Positions 1 to 12,239 of a DNA stretch of 64,000 nucleotides are shown here, in pieces (positions within the stretch are counted from its first letter, which is position 1; each line of letters begins with the position of its first letter). The translations under genes and the position numbers were made by a program. The stretch is from Oopsacas minuta. Its lineage: Eukaryota; Animalia; Porifera. Location: positions 186,001 through 250,000 of the forward strand of contig JAKMXF010000316.1 of the NCBI GenBank assembly GCA_024704765.1, written 5' to 3'. A model generated the notes under the pieces. The model did not search any database. It saw only the letters and a program-made list of their open reading frames with translations, and was not told where the DNA came from.

Positions 1-506
1 TATTGTTTATTTACTAAATATTCAATTAGAACCCATAATGAAGGTCATTGTATGTAAGTCTTGAAATCTGTTGTACAAACAGGGCTAATGTTGTGGTTGC
101 ATGAGACATAAAATTTGTTGTTTGCTTTTCTACTCGATCTCGAGGTTTCCCAAAGCTTATCGTGACAAAAGGTGTTTCGTGATAGACTCAACCCGATGGA
201 TTTACGTACACAACGAGACTAAAATAATAGTGAATGATCAAAAGTTAATTAAGTCTGCTCCAAACTATGCTTAACGTTTGCTTAGATTAATAATTTATTT
301 ATGGGGAATGAAACCAAACGACCGAATGTCCGAGTAGAAATTATTGGACCACGTATGGTCTGGTGAGACGCCCATAGGGGAGGGTTAGCGTTCGCAAGTT
401 GTGCAGTCGAGCGAGCTCAATGGCTCATATCTTATATTTTGTCTCAAAAAGTTTCTTTACATACGAAAGGGCTACTCAATTATCAAATCTCATTGCTCAA
501 TAATTA

Positions 507-2606
507 CACAGATCAACAAAGAAAATTCTATCTCTTGACTCAGATTGTTGGAGTGTTTTTAGGGTATATCAGGGTTGCTGTATCCGAAAATACTATTAGT
601 TTTGCTGAATTGGCTCTAGTTTTCTAGATATTTCACAACCTTAAATTTTAAGGTAATACTACAATTATTTTCGGTTTGTATGTTTATATTAACATTTACA
701 ACTATTTGTCCATAACATAGAACCTGTTATGGATTCAAAATGCATTAGATGTTGTTACCTCAATGATTCTGATGTCTTTTGCTATATTTGTGGTGAATAT
801 ATGGCAAAGGAACATCGTTGTAATATTAGAGATGTCACCAAAATAGCTTATCAGGCTTACTTTGGTATTAAATTAGACGAACAGGATAAGTCAGGGAGCC
901 CTTACAAAGTGTGCAAACATTGCACAGAAACCCTTCGCCTATGGACTCAAGGAAAAGCCAAATCCATGAAGTTGGTGACCAATGGTTTGGCGAGAGCCCA
1001 AGAACCATCACGATGACTGCTACTTCTGCATGGTTAAAATGTCTGGATGGAACCGGTAGAAAAAGAATTCGTGGCATTATCCTGACATACATCCTGCAAG
1101 ACGCCTAATTCCACACTGCAGCGAATTTCAGGTGCCTGTTTTTACGTCCTTACCTGATATTACGTTTACTGAGGCAATTGATGAATCGTCGGACAGCAAT
1201 AGCTGTAATGAGTTGTACCGATAAGTATAGCGGAGCCTTTCACACAGGGGCAGCTCAACGACTTAGTGAGAGACTTAGGCTTGTCAAAAGAAGCTTCAGA
1301 GATCCTGGCTTTCTGTCTCAGTGAACACCATGTTCTCCACAGTGAAGCTAAGATAACTTATTACTGACGCAGAGACGAAGAACTTCTTCGCTATTTCAGT
1401 GAAGAAGGCGGTTTGTGTTTTGTAATAACATCCCAGGTCTTCTCTCAGCAATGGGACTGTTCCAATACAATCCAAATGAGTGGCGTTTATTTATCGACAG
1501 CTCTAAACGGAGTCTAAAGTGCGTGTTGCTGCATAATGGTAACAAATTTGCCTATGTTCCGATCGGCCATTCAGTAATCTTGAAAGAGCACTATGCAACT
1601 GTAAAGATGGTCCTACAAAGCTGTGTTATGATGAACATAACTGGATCGCGTGTGTGGACTTGAAAATGGTCAATATCCTGTTAGGACAGCAAAGTAGTTA
1701 TACTAAATACCCATGCTTCTTTGTTTGTGGGACAGCAGAGCGGATGAGGTGCACTGGGAAAAGAAGAACCGGCCAGTTAGTCAAAAGATTGTCGTGGCGG
1801 AAAAGAACCACTACATACCAAGTTGGGACTGATGAAACAATTCGTAAAGGCATTGGACAAAGATGGTACCTGTTTCAACTACCTCTGCTCAGTATGTCGT
1901 GGTCTGAGTATCGAAAAACTTAAGGCAGGAATTTTTGATGGACCACTAATCAGAAAACTGATAAAGATGAAGAATTCGCCTCACACATGACTGGAGTTGA
2001 GGCTACCGCGTGGTATTCCTTTGTCGATGTTGTAAAGGGATTCTTAGGCAACACCAAAGTGGCTAACTACCAGAATCTGGTCGAAGGCATGCTCAAGAAC
2101 TTCCACAGTCTGGGAACCAGAATGAGAATAAAACTTCACTATCTCTATAGCCATTTAGAGAGATTCCCTGACAATCTTGATGATTTAAGCGAAAACAGGG
2201 CGAGCGATTCCACCAAGACATCAGGACTATGGTGGAACGGTACCAAGGAAGATGGGACACTCATATGCTGGCAGATTACTGCTGGAGCCATATGCGTGAT
2301 TGCCCCCAAGGACCTCACAAGAGGAATTCGTATAAGGGAACATTCGTTTATGATTGTTAAGTATTCAGATCATATTATATCTCAAATTATCTGCTTATTA
2401 CGTAAGTTTAATTCTAGTTGTAATGTAACACATACATACTATATGAGATCAGTCAACTGATTCACGGATGCTGAAAAACATAATTTTACAATATCACGAA
2501 AAGTAGAGCCAATTGACCAGAACTAGTGCCATTTTTGAACTCAGTGACCCCGATATACTCTAGAAATAGTCTCAACATATCAGCCAAGAAAATGTTGTTG
2601 GCCAGG
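507..2606 (+). mobile_element. Chapaev3-like (CMC group) DNA transposon, apparently full length, transposase frameshifted
   Basis: ORF pieces at 729-2330 read FCYICGEY..AYQAYFGIKL.EQDK..P.KVCKHC, then LFIDSSKRSLKCVLLHNGN, DLKMVNILLG, KGFLGN..NY..LVE.ML...MRIKLHYLYSHL.RFP.NL, all typical of this family. About 110 bp of imperfect terminal inverted repeat (about 507-625 vs about 2490-2606). Left end starts CAC; TTA flanks both ends (504-506, 2607-2609). Confidence 0.8.
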
Positions 2607-2703
2607 TTATTATTTATATTGTAGTCATCACTTGAATTTCCTAACTTCTATTTTTATCAGACAACAATTGCTTCTAATATTCATTATTGGTAATATTCGG
2701 GTA

Positions 2704-3193
2704 CAGTGTAACATCTATAAGTGGGGAGCATGGGACGGCCGAAATTGGAATTTCCCCCCATTCCCCGGTTATAATTAGTATTATGAAGTACGCATTATTG
2801 CTAATTGCTTCGTCTATTTGCGGTATAAATTAATGAATGTGAATATTATACCCCTGGGATGAGTGTGGATACTTAAAATCAACCATTGGGTATGAAGCAG
2901 AGAAAATATAAACAATATTTTTCACCATCCTGATTCCCCCTTAGATTGTTCGAATAAAATTGTGTAGTTTACTACATATAAAGATAAATTTAGGGGAAAA
3001 TGATGTTTAGCCCCCCCCCAAATATTGAGGTCATTTTGTATGGATGAGATAACTTCTGAAACTCTAGGTCCCCATTCCCCTCTTCCCCGTTTATAGAGGT
3101 CCATTTTTATGGAAATGAACAAAGAAGGTCCAAAGTTCCCCGACTTATAGAGGTCCACCATTTACAAAGACCCCACTTATAGAGGTTGCACTG
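2704..3193. mobile_element. pogo/Tigger-type MITE
   Basis: Ends CAGTGTAACATCTATAAGTGGGG and CCCCACTTATAGAGGTTGCACTG are inverted repeats. TA on the left. No coding capacity. Confidence 0.7.
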
Positions 3194-3412
3194 TTTTAGG
3201 CTTTACTTCATATGACAGTTATTATTTATATCCTAAATCTCAATTATTCAAAAATTCTCTAGATAACATTCCTTTTAACCAAAAATATGTGAAACTCACT
3301 TTTGGCAAATGATTTTTATAGTAGTGAAAGTTCTTGTTCTAGACAAGCTTCTACATTCGAGAACATTGGATACAAAGTGGCCATAATAAAGAATCTCTCA
3401 CACAGTAGGTAA

Positions 3413-3599
3413 AGTATATAATGGATATAGTGATATAGCTGGGGGGCATAAATATTACGGCCTAATTATCTCTATAACATCACTATATCCCATAAATTTT
3501 ATACGGCGTATATGTAGATGGGGAAGAATACTAAGGGATAATAATATCACTCTATCCAATATATCACTATATCCATGATCACTATATCCATTATATACT
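3413..3599. repeat. Short inverted-repeat element with internal ATCACTATATCC repeats
   Basis: 22-bp perfect inverted repeat AGTATATAATGGATATAGTGAT / ATCACTATATCCATTATATACT, plus several internal copies of the core motif. Confidence 0.7.
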
Positions 3600-3747
3600 A
3601 TACAAGTATTTATCTGATTTTTTCTCATTATTGCTTAAGGGTGTCCCGTTTGAGGAGGTGCCCCGATTGTCGAATGACTACTGTACTTGTTTTCTGATAA
3701 TAATTATTGCATTAATTTTTTAAAGCCTTCTAAGATAACATTTGATT

Positions 3748-4108
3748 ATGGCAGAATCATCTAAGCGAGGTTTCAGTTTACCACCTGAAAGCAAGTCAAA
3801 GAAAACCTGTTCTGAAATTGATATATGTGGGCATGTATACAATTCTGATGATGATTATGATGATATTTCTGACGAAGATCTAAGTGGTTCCTGTAGCTCA
3901 ACTTCAGTTGACTTAACTGATGAAGAAACTGTAACCTCCGAAGGTTCTTCTATTTCAATGATGGATGATGGCCCATGCGATTATGTGTCTAAAGACTGCA
4001 CTAAATGGTGGAATGAACCCCCTTCTGATTTTCACCAAGACGAATACTTTTCGAAAGATTTTCAGCCTCAGCTTGTGGGCCCTAGTATGGAGAGTGATAC
4101 TTGTGGAG
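3748..4108 (+). pseudogene. Putative exon 1 of a piggyBac transposase-like gene (acidic N-terminus)
   Basis: ATG at 3748. Acidic DDISDEDLS tract and SKDCTKWWNEPP motif resemble piggyBac N-termini. Donor GAG|GTAATT at 4108/4109 is phase-compatible with the acceptor at 7956/7957. Confidence 0.55.
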
Positions 4109-4394
4109 GTAATTTTACAAAAACTAGTTTCCTCCGGTTGCTCAGCTCGGTCGCTTCGGTATATGAGTGACTAATGTGAATCATGTCTCTTCGCTGCATG
4201 ATTCATATTCGGACTCAACATGCTCGATTACCCTGCGTACCCGTCGAAAGTGTGATTATATGCTTATATACAACAATAAATATTCATCATTTCGTGCTGA
4301 AAATCTCATATTCGGAAGTAGCATGCTTGATCCCTCTATTTACAACTTTTTTGTTAATGTATGATCAGTTCTTGTAGATTGTAAAAAGAACGTA

Positions 4395-4531
4395 TAGTAA
4401 GACTCTCGTAATTACGAACACTAGCGGATTCTAAAATGTATTCGTATTATCCGAATGAATTTGTAACTTGTGATCTTGGGGATGAAGAAAGTTTTCGTCT
4501 TATCCGTGTTCATACTAACGAGAGTCTACTG
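4395..4531. mobile_element. Small pogo-type MITE
   Basis: TAGTAAGACTCTCGTAATTACGAACAC and GTGTTCATACTAACGAGAGTCTACTG form imperfect TIRs. Confidence 0.6.
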
Positions 4532-6851
4532 TGAACACACATATATTGAGATTTAATATTATAGAATCATGTCTACTTTAATTGCCTTTTCATTGTATAA
4601 ACCCTATGGTCCCCATGAAACAATTTACATAGGAATTGTTATATATAGTGTTCGCTTATTATGAAGTATCTATACTAGTATGTAATAATTATGGGCACAA
4701 ATTTGGCTCTTTGAATGTTCAGAATACAAGTACCGTAGTCCACATAAATAATACTTGTTTATCATCCCAGACCGGCCCAATTTTTCTCGTCCGTTCGAAT
4801 AATATATTAGTATTTTATATCTACTATATATGTATTTTGGATGACCTTATGAGTCTTGTTTTTCAGATTACATATCCCATGCACGTATATGTTATGTGTT
4901 TCTGGTTTGAGAACCCAATATTAGCAATACATATAGATGGATACATATACCATACGCTAATCTATTGTAAAAATATGTGGATTCCTTGTAGGTAAATTAA
5001 TATACAATATTAACATGATGCTGTCCGCCTTCCCAATTTTGTTTTGAAGTTAAAACTACTACATACAAATGCACGATGTGTAATAACCCGATTAATAGAA
5101 ATTTTGATCCGATTATCCGAAAATATTTTGTACTAGTTTCTATAGGCACGATTTCGTTCCTGAAAAATGACCCAAATATGCGGCTGACCCGAATAACTGG
5201 TGGGTGTATTGAGCGGAGTCAACTGTATAGATAATCCTATGTCTATCATAATATGATCTCGAATAATGTCCTCAAATAGGCTTATTAACATAACAATTTC
5301 GGAAATATTTTTTCTTGATACTAGAGAATGAGTAAGCATATTTGCGTTTTTGAGGAACACATATTTCTCTTTTCGGTGGGCATACATATCGTATGGAATT
5401 TACATGCTATGTTCTCGTGATGGGAGTAAGGTATTAGCGATTTTGTGACTTTTTATCGTCATCATGACGTAAATGACTCGAGAATGTGTTAGCATATTCG
5501 TGGTTGGTAAGGACCATGTATTAATGTCCTCGAGAGGCATATGCTACAGAATTTTCATGCTTTATTCCCAGGAAATTGAATGTTAGGATCGATTTAGTAA
5601 AATTTTATTCTTTTCGTCAAATAATGATGATGAAATCACTAGACAAAGAGTTAGCATATATTTGTATCTAAATTTACATATTTTATTATAATTTCAAGTG
5701 TTTACTCTTATAGGGCAATGTTATAAGCAAAAGGGTGTGTTTGTCGGACATTAATTTTCGTAGCTAGGTGTGAAAATTCACCGTATTTCCTTCAGAATTA
5801 TATATTTTGCTCCACAATCTGAACTTGTTGTAAGGTGTCGATTATTTACTTACATGTCAAATGTCTACCTTTGTTCTTCAATCACTTAGACCAGTATACA
5901 AACTTATATACTATAATATATTTATACAGTTGAACCTCCAGAAGTGGGTAGTGGTGTCTTTGGGCTCAGCAAAATGCCTATTGGTTTTTCCCCGTACAAA
6001 GCACCTTTATGAGTTGGCCCCCACTTTGGTATACTTTGTATAGAAAAATGATGAAGATGCATAGAAAGCTACCAAACTTTAAGGCCATTCACCCCCTAAA
6101 TGTATAATTTTGAAAACGACTCATAAATTGGTAGAAAAGTCTTATCTTGGTTTCAACTTCCACATCTGTTAAATAAAGCTTAAAATTTCTGATAAATTTC
6201 ACATTTTCACCCTAAAGAGGCATATAATTTCTCTAAATAATTTGGATTAGTAACAGAAAATGTCCGAACTTTGTCAGTTTTGGCCAATTTTACATCTCTT
6301 TGTTTGAATAATCTTCTCTCAGCGTTTCTATATGAAAATAGTGATTTGATATCTATATACCACAAAAAGAGGTACATTAGTGTGATTGTACCCGAGGCTG
6401 ATTATTGACAGAGCATAAATTCGGTTTGTGGAGCGAAATCTCAAATTCTCACCGAAATATGGTTAATTTTCACACCAATTGCAAAAATTTTGTCCGAAAA
6501 CACATTTTTCGCTGTTAACTTTACCCTAGAAGAGTAAACAGCATGAAATATCAATAGAATATGTAAATATAAGACACAAATATATCTGTCACCCCAAATT
6601 AGAAACATTCTGGGTCTTCTCGAATTATTATGTCATGAAGACTTTCAATAATTAGCTTAAGTTACAAAATCGCTAATAGCTTCCACCTTCCACCAAAAAT
6701 GGCATGAAATTTCTATAGAATATGCCCAACGAAGAGACAAACATCTGCCACAATTTATCCAGATGTGCTTACTTATTATAATTATTATATAGAAAAGCCT
6801 ATTTGAGTGCTTTATACGAAATATATTTAGATAGGTCACGAATCGTGCATA

Positions 6852-7750
6852 CGGGGTCCATTTGAAAAGTAAGTTTCCATAGTTCAGCCTAAGAGCTGCG
6901 TTACAGTTTTAACCCTCGTATTCCCTAACTATTAGTTTAACTTGTAATCTAACCATTTCATTTATTAGCTAACAATTATTCACTCCAAAATTATTTTCTC
7001 TGATCTTGTCATTATGGATAAGTTGTCCACACAGGCTTCATTCACGAGTAGGGACATAAGAACAGTCATCAATTTTTTGTTCAATTATATAAATCACCCA
7101 TAGAAACCCACCAAAATCTGAGTGAGGCATTAGGAGATATCGCTCCATCAATACTAACTGTGCGAAAGTGGGGTCGTTATCATCAGAGAAGGAAGAGAGG
7201 ATATGGAAGATCAACCTCGATCAGGACGTCCGGAAACAGCCTCTACTGAGGAGAATGTCAACTGTGTGGTGGAATTACTATTATCTTTGGGTTTTGAGAG
7301 AGAAACACGCCCTGCAATTAGTAAAAAAGGCCAGGACTGTTAGAAAAAGGTGTGATATTCCATCATGAATGCCCCAGCCCTCCACCAAAAAGGAAATTGT
7401 CCAAACATTGGAAAGATGCGATTGGGAAATTCCTTTCCACCCTCCTTATTCCCCAGATTTGGCACCGTGCGACTTTTCATCTTTTCCCATGGATGAAGGA
7501 ATCGTTACGAGGAATTTGGTTCGAGACGAAGAGGAGATTATTGGAGCGATGAGAGACTCGACAAGGCGCCTGGACAAAGACGGCGTACAGAGGGGATAGA
7601 AGCTCTGGTACACAGATGAGAAAAGTGTATTGAACTTAGGCCGATTATGTGTATAATAAAGCATAGAAGTAGATAGTGTATTATTTTTAGATTAATTCTT
7701 CCGTTAACTTCCCGAGATATAAATTAGGGAAACTTTTCGAATGGACTTCG
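6852..7750 (+). mobile_element. mariner element, internally deleted
   Basis: TIRs CGGGGTCCATTTGAAAAGT and ACTTTTCGAATGGACTTCG with TA at both ends. Remnants DQPRSGRP and HPPYSPDLAPCDF. Confidence 0.8.
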
Positions 7751-7956
7751 TATATAAAATGCGGCAGCAAGTGCGATTGTTGTTTACTTACTGTCGCCGT
7801 TACGCACGTTCTGTCGCGAAGCGACTAGGCAAATGTAGCGCACTAGTATACTTGAATATTATTCTAATAGTATTGCTGCATTGAACAATTTCTACTCATT
7901 GTAACTCCTTAGACGTTGACTGTCGGCACATATGTGATTTAATTTCTTAATTTTAG

Positions 7957-9407
7957 ATTTTTTCAAGTTGTTCATCACACATGAATCATGCTCATACATT
8001 TTATCTCAGACGAACAACAAATTGGAATCATATTTGCCATTGAATCAAGTTCCTAATCCACAGAAAAAGTACTTATACGCTATCACACTAGAAGAATTAT
8101 ATACCTTTCTTGGTATGATGATTTTATTTGGCGTCTTTCGTTCTTCTAAGGAAAAGATTTCCAATCTGTATTCCGATGATCCAAATGATTGTGGACCAAT
8201 TATCAAATGTTCGATGCCACGTGATAGGTTTAAGGTTATTTTGCGTTTTTTGCGCTTTGATGATCTTTCTACAAGATTGGAAAGAACCTTTCAAGATAAA
8301 CTAGCACCGATTCGTTTTGTATTTGATTCTATAAACACTACTCTTTCCGAAACTTACACTCTGGGTAAGTGGTTAACCGTGGATGAGCACATGACAGGTT
8401 ATCGTGGGAGATGCCCTATAATGCAATTTATGTCAGTCAAGCCTGACAAGTACGGCATTAAGATATTTATTCTTGCTGATGCTAAAACGTATTTTCCTTG
8501 TGCGATGGAGGTATACACAGGAAGCAAGTCTTATATTGCTAATAAGCCAAATTATATTGTTCTTAGGTTGTGCTCGAGCTTAGTCCTGGACATTTTGTAG
8601 CAGGCGATAATTTCTTTACTTCAAAAATGTTATCGGATCAATTTCTTACCAAATATAAAACATATTACATGGAGATGTTGCGGAGGGATCGAAGAGAAAT
8701 TCCAAAAGAAATGAAAGATACCAAGGGAGTATCAATACATTCTTCCAGATTGTATACACACAATAAGGATATAGTACATTAATTTCTTTCATGGCTAAAA
8801 AGATTAAGAACGTTCTTATTTTATCAAATATACACCGCAATGAGCAGATTCCTAATATCAATAACCCTAAATGTAACCCTCAGCTATTTTGGGCTACAAT
8901 AAGTTTAAATGTGGCGTCGATAAGAACAACCAAATGATTAAAGAATTTAGATCTCATCGAATCATCCGTAAATGGCCTTGTGTATTGTTTTTTGATTTAA
9001 TTGGCGAAGTTGCTTTGTCATCATGGATTTTGTGCTGCCTGAAGCACCCGAATGAAGACATTGTACAAAAGAAGGATAGACGACAGTTCTTATATTTACT
9101 TGGAAGTGTTCTAGTACTTCCATCCATAATCAGTCTTCAGTCATCAACTTCATTTCAATACTACCATAAGCATTTAAAGACCCAAATCCAATCTATTACT
9201 CAATCCTCTACTTTACCAGTTGAATATCAAGTTTCAAGTATTGTTCCTTCGAGAAGAGGTCGTTGTTACATGTGCGAAAGGGGAAGAGACATGAAACGAC
9301 GTTCCGTATGTTCGAATTGTCAGAAACACATATGTGAAGTACAGTCCAAAATTCTCAAATTTTGCGAAATATGCCAAGAGGATATATCATTTTTTGGTCC
9401 ATCTTAA
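7957..9407 (+). pseudogene. piggyBac (PGBD4-like) transposase core and C-terminal Cys-rich domain, about 3 frameshifts
   Basis: RDRFKVILRFLRFDD, TVDE, KPDKYGIK, GDNFFTS, YN..KCGVD, RKWP and C-terminal CYMC..CSNC..C motifs give the DDD triad and CRD. Preceded by acceptor TTCTTAATTTTAG. Confidence 0.9.
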
Positions 9408-9758
9408 TTCATTTGCTGCAGTTTCGTCCAATTATATAATTATCAGGCTATACTAATCTATTTAGCTTATATTTACCCTGAGTTAGATTATTATCATGTT
9501 ATTTCACATCGGATAAACGTGTAGAACATTATTGACAACTGATACACTTAACAATTTTTTCCCTCTTCTATATCATTTACTTTTTATACATGTTTACCAA
9601 TTTTGTGAGCAATTAAATCTTTTTTATATTTTACTAGTTTCGCGTCGAAGCGCATTTGGCCTATAACATATACGTAAAACTATCCTGGGGTAATCGAGTA
9701 TGCTGATTCTGAGCATCTTAGTATCGAGAGTATGCGATTAATATACTGTTTGTGAGTA

Positions 9759-10090
9759 TTGTTGAACCTCGCCTACAAAATATTCCCCGCTTAGCATCTG
9801 TTGTAAAAATTGGTAGAAAGAGGTACTTAGCTGTATTTTAATGTATTTATACTATCCGCAATGGCTTCTAAGCCATTCCAATACCACTTTTCACATTATT
9901 TCTATCAAATCGTGGGGTTTGTACAAATCAGAATAATTTCAACTTATAAAAGTGCAAAGTGAACTTCAAATATTGCACTACAAGATGGTGTGAAATGATT
10001 TGGGTCCATCACTAACTTCCAAAATCGAAAAATAGAGCTTAATGTTCCATTTCAACTATAAAAAATTCCCTGCTTAGCGAGGTTCCACTG
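9759..10090. mobile_element. pogo-type MITE
   Basis: TTGTTGAACCTCGC and GCGAGGTTCCACTG inverted ends, TA flanks. Confidence 0.55.
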
Positions 10091-10099
10091 TATAATTTA

Positions 10100-10960
10100 G
10101 CCGAATTTCAAAATATTGCCACATCTGTCGAGATACCTGAAGCGATCTCAACCAAATTTTGTGTGTCACACAAATGTTGGTCCACCATTTCAAATAAGGA
10201 GTATTTAAGAGAAATTTTTATTTTTACAAACGATGTGTGATTTTTCAACACCTCTTCCATACGAATCAATACAATAAATTTGGATTTTTTTCATTGGCCA
10301 ATTAAATTCTACCTATACGTAATGGTATAGAATTGGTAATGTTACACCAACTGATTGCGTAACTTAGTTCTGCACACCGTTTACTCATCGCCATTGCATA
10401 CATACCATTTCCACTTTTAATATGTATTCAATGGAATTGGAGTCTTTTGAATTCGAATGGCATGTCTACTGGAAGGAGTGGAATTCTTAGGATGAATATA
10501 TCTTCTCCAAATCCCGTCCAGTTAGTCAAGTACATGAGGCAGGATGGATTTGATTGCAAGGCGAGTTGCAATACATAGTTTGGGTAAATCTAAGTCTTAA
10601 CAGTATGATTGTCGCTCCAACTGAATCAGTTGTGTGGTGGCAGTCCTGGTGGTTGTAATGAGTTAAGAAACTCAGTTGATATAGAACTGCAGTATCCGGC
10701 TCAACAACTGTATCAATGGATCTGTATATTATTTAGTACCAGCTAGTTTTTTGAGTAAAATATAATTTGATCGCTTCCACTTTATCATTCCTTGGGACCA
10801 GGATGGCCCTTTACAAACCCACTGGAATTTACAATTTAATTTGGTATTCAATAAGTTCCTAACCCAATCTACTAACATACAATTAATCACCAATTCTGCC
10901 AAATTACGCATAAATAGGATAGTTTGAACACTGAACTCATTAAAAGTCGTTTGTGCAAAT
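10100..10960 (-). pseudogene. Probable degenerate 3' segment of the CFAP46-like gene
   Basis: Manual translation gives NCMLVDWVRNLL, LIQLERQSYC*D, LDGIWRRY, DMPFEFKRLQFH and IGRI*L, in the order of recalled human CFAP46 C-terminal motifs (SCSASETMRDVL, LLQLQHQLRCQD, VSKAWQNL, EMPPTFWILFLH, VMRLAI). Contains stops and frame changes. Confidence 0.5.
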
Positions 10961-11009
10961 CTATGGAATGATTTCTGACATACGCATTCTTAAAGTTATG
11001 CAGCTTTAA

Positions 11010-11210
11010 GTACAGTGAAAATAAGTGTTGGTCCACCACTTCAAATACGAAGTATTTAAGAGATATAAGTATTTTAAGAGAACAATGTAAATTTTCACCA
11101 CCACTTCCACACAATTCATTGGCCAATTAGTTCTTCCCACACATAATCTGCAAATTCTCGATCGGATCTTTGGAAGCCGAAGGCCCCATAAATCTTTCCG
11201 CAAGAACTAG
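11010..11210 (-). repeat. Diverged duplicate of the 10150-10340 segment (CFAP46-like remnant)
   Basis: Direct repeats TGTTGGTCCACCA.TTCAAATA...AGTATTTAAGAGA (about 10174 and 11025) and TTCATTGGCCAATTA (about 10291 and 11116). Both copies encode SLKY..FE.VDQHL. Confidence 0.6.
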
Positions 11211-12239
11211 TAGAATAAGCCGCACGAGGGCGGCGTTTCGGCTAGGACTATTAAAACGCGACTGTTGGATACAGAGAGTTGCACGCAAGGCGGTCTGGCC
11301 CACGGGCAGCCCGCACCTGCGGACCAAGTTTTATTTATCGGGCCACAACAGGCACACACCATACACATAACTCTCTTCTTCCGCCCAAATACGTATCAGG
11401 ATTATAATATATTTTTGTTGCTTATCTTGGTGTCTGCTAAATTTAATTAATTTAGTTCATACATTTAAATTAGTTGGCTAAAATACTTATCTGCTTTGTC
11501 AATACAAACATTTTATAGGATAGGAAAATTTTGAGGTCAATACAGATCGTAATTTTTTGCGGGATGCATCAGGCAGGATTTGTTAAAATTGCGGGCATTG
11601 GATATAAAATTTCGGCCCAAATGTTACTTTGAGTATACATAATATGTATAGAGGTATCCCTCTCTGTTCGCGCGGGTTACGTTCATGAGATTCACCGTGA
11701 ATGGCAATCCGCAAACAGCGAGACTAAATGTCAATTGAAAAAAGGAGGTTAGGTTCCCCAATTCTAGGTCAACACATACAAAAAGTTCATAATTGCCAAA
11801 AAACTTGAAGTGTAAGTCAGGAATGGAAGAAGATCGAGCAATTCCCACTTGGTAAACAAAGTGACAGCAGGTGCTATGCAAGAAATGATCACCTAACAAT
11901 TGTCACCAATGAATGGTAGAAATACATGGTTCTAGTTTAGAACTGTTAAATTATTACCAATATTCATAGAATCACTAAATAATACCCAAATCATTTCGAA
12001 ATTAGAAATACTTAAATAGTAAGGTTCAATTTCAAAGTTTTGGTAATCACTGAGACATATAACCAAAATTATTACTCAAAAACCGCGAATAGTCGAGGGA
12101 ATGTGTCGCGAACGGCTAAATATGCCACAAAATATTATTTGCGAATGGTCGAAAGCGCGAACGTTGAGGGCTGATTGAATTGGGCCTACTACAAATAATC
12201 CGCTCAGCATTAAAAATAATAAGGGCAATCATTAGTACT

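Noticed and set aside
11127-11190. PSASKDPIENL as a Tc1 SPDLNPIENL motif
   Set aside because: No other Tc1 motifs or TIRs nearby, and the segment is better explained as part of the 10150/11010 duplication.
11220-11400. GC-rich patch as a solo LTR or tRNA-derived SINE
   Set aside because: It has a TG start and AATAAA-like motif, but no TSD, PBS, PPT, or A/B boxes could be shown.
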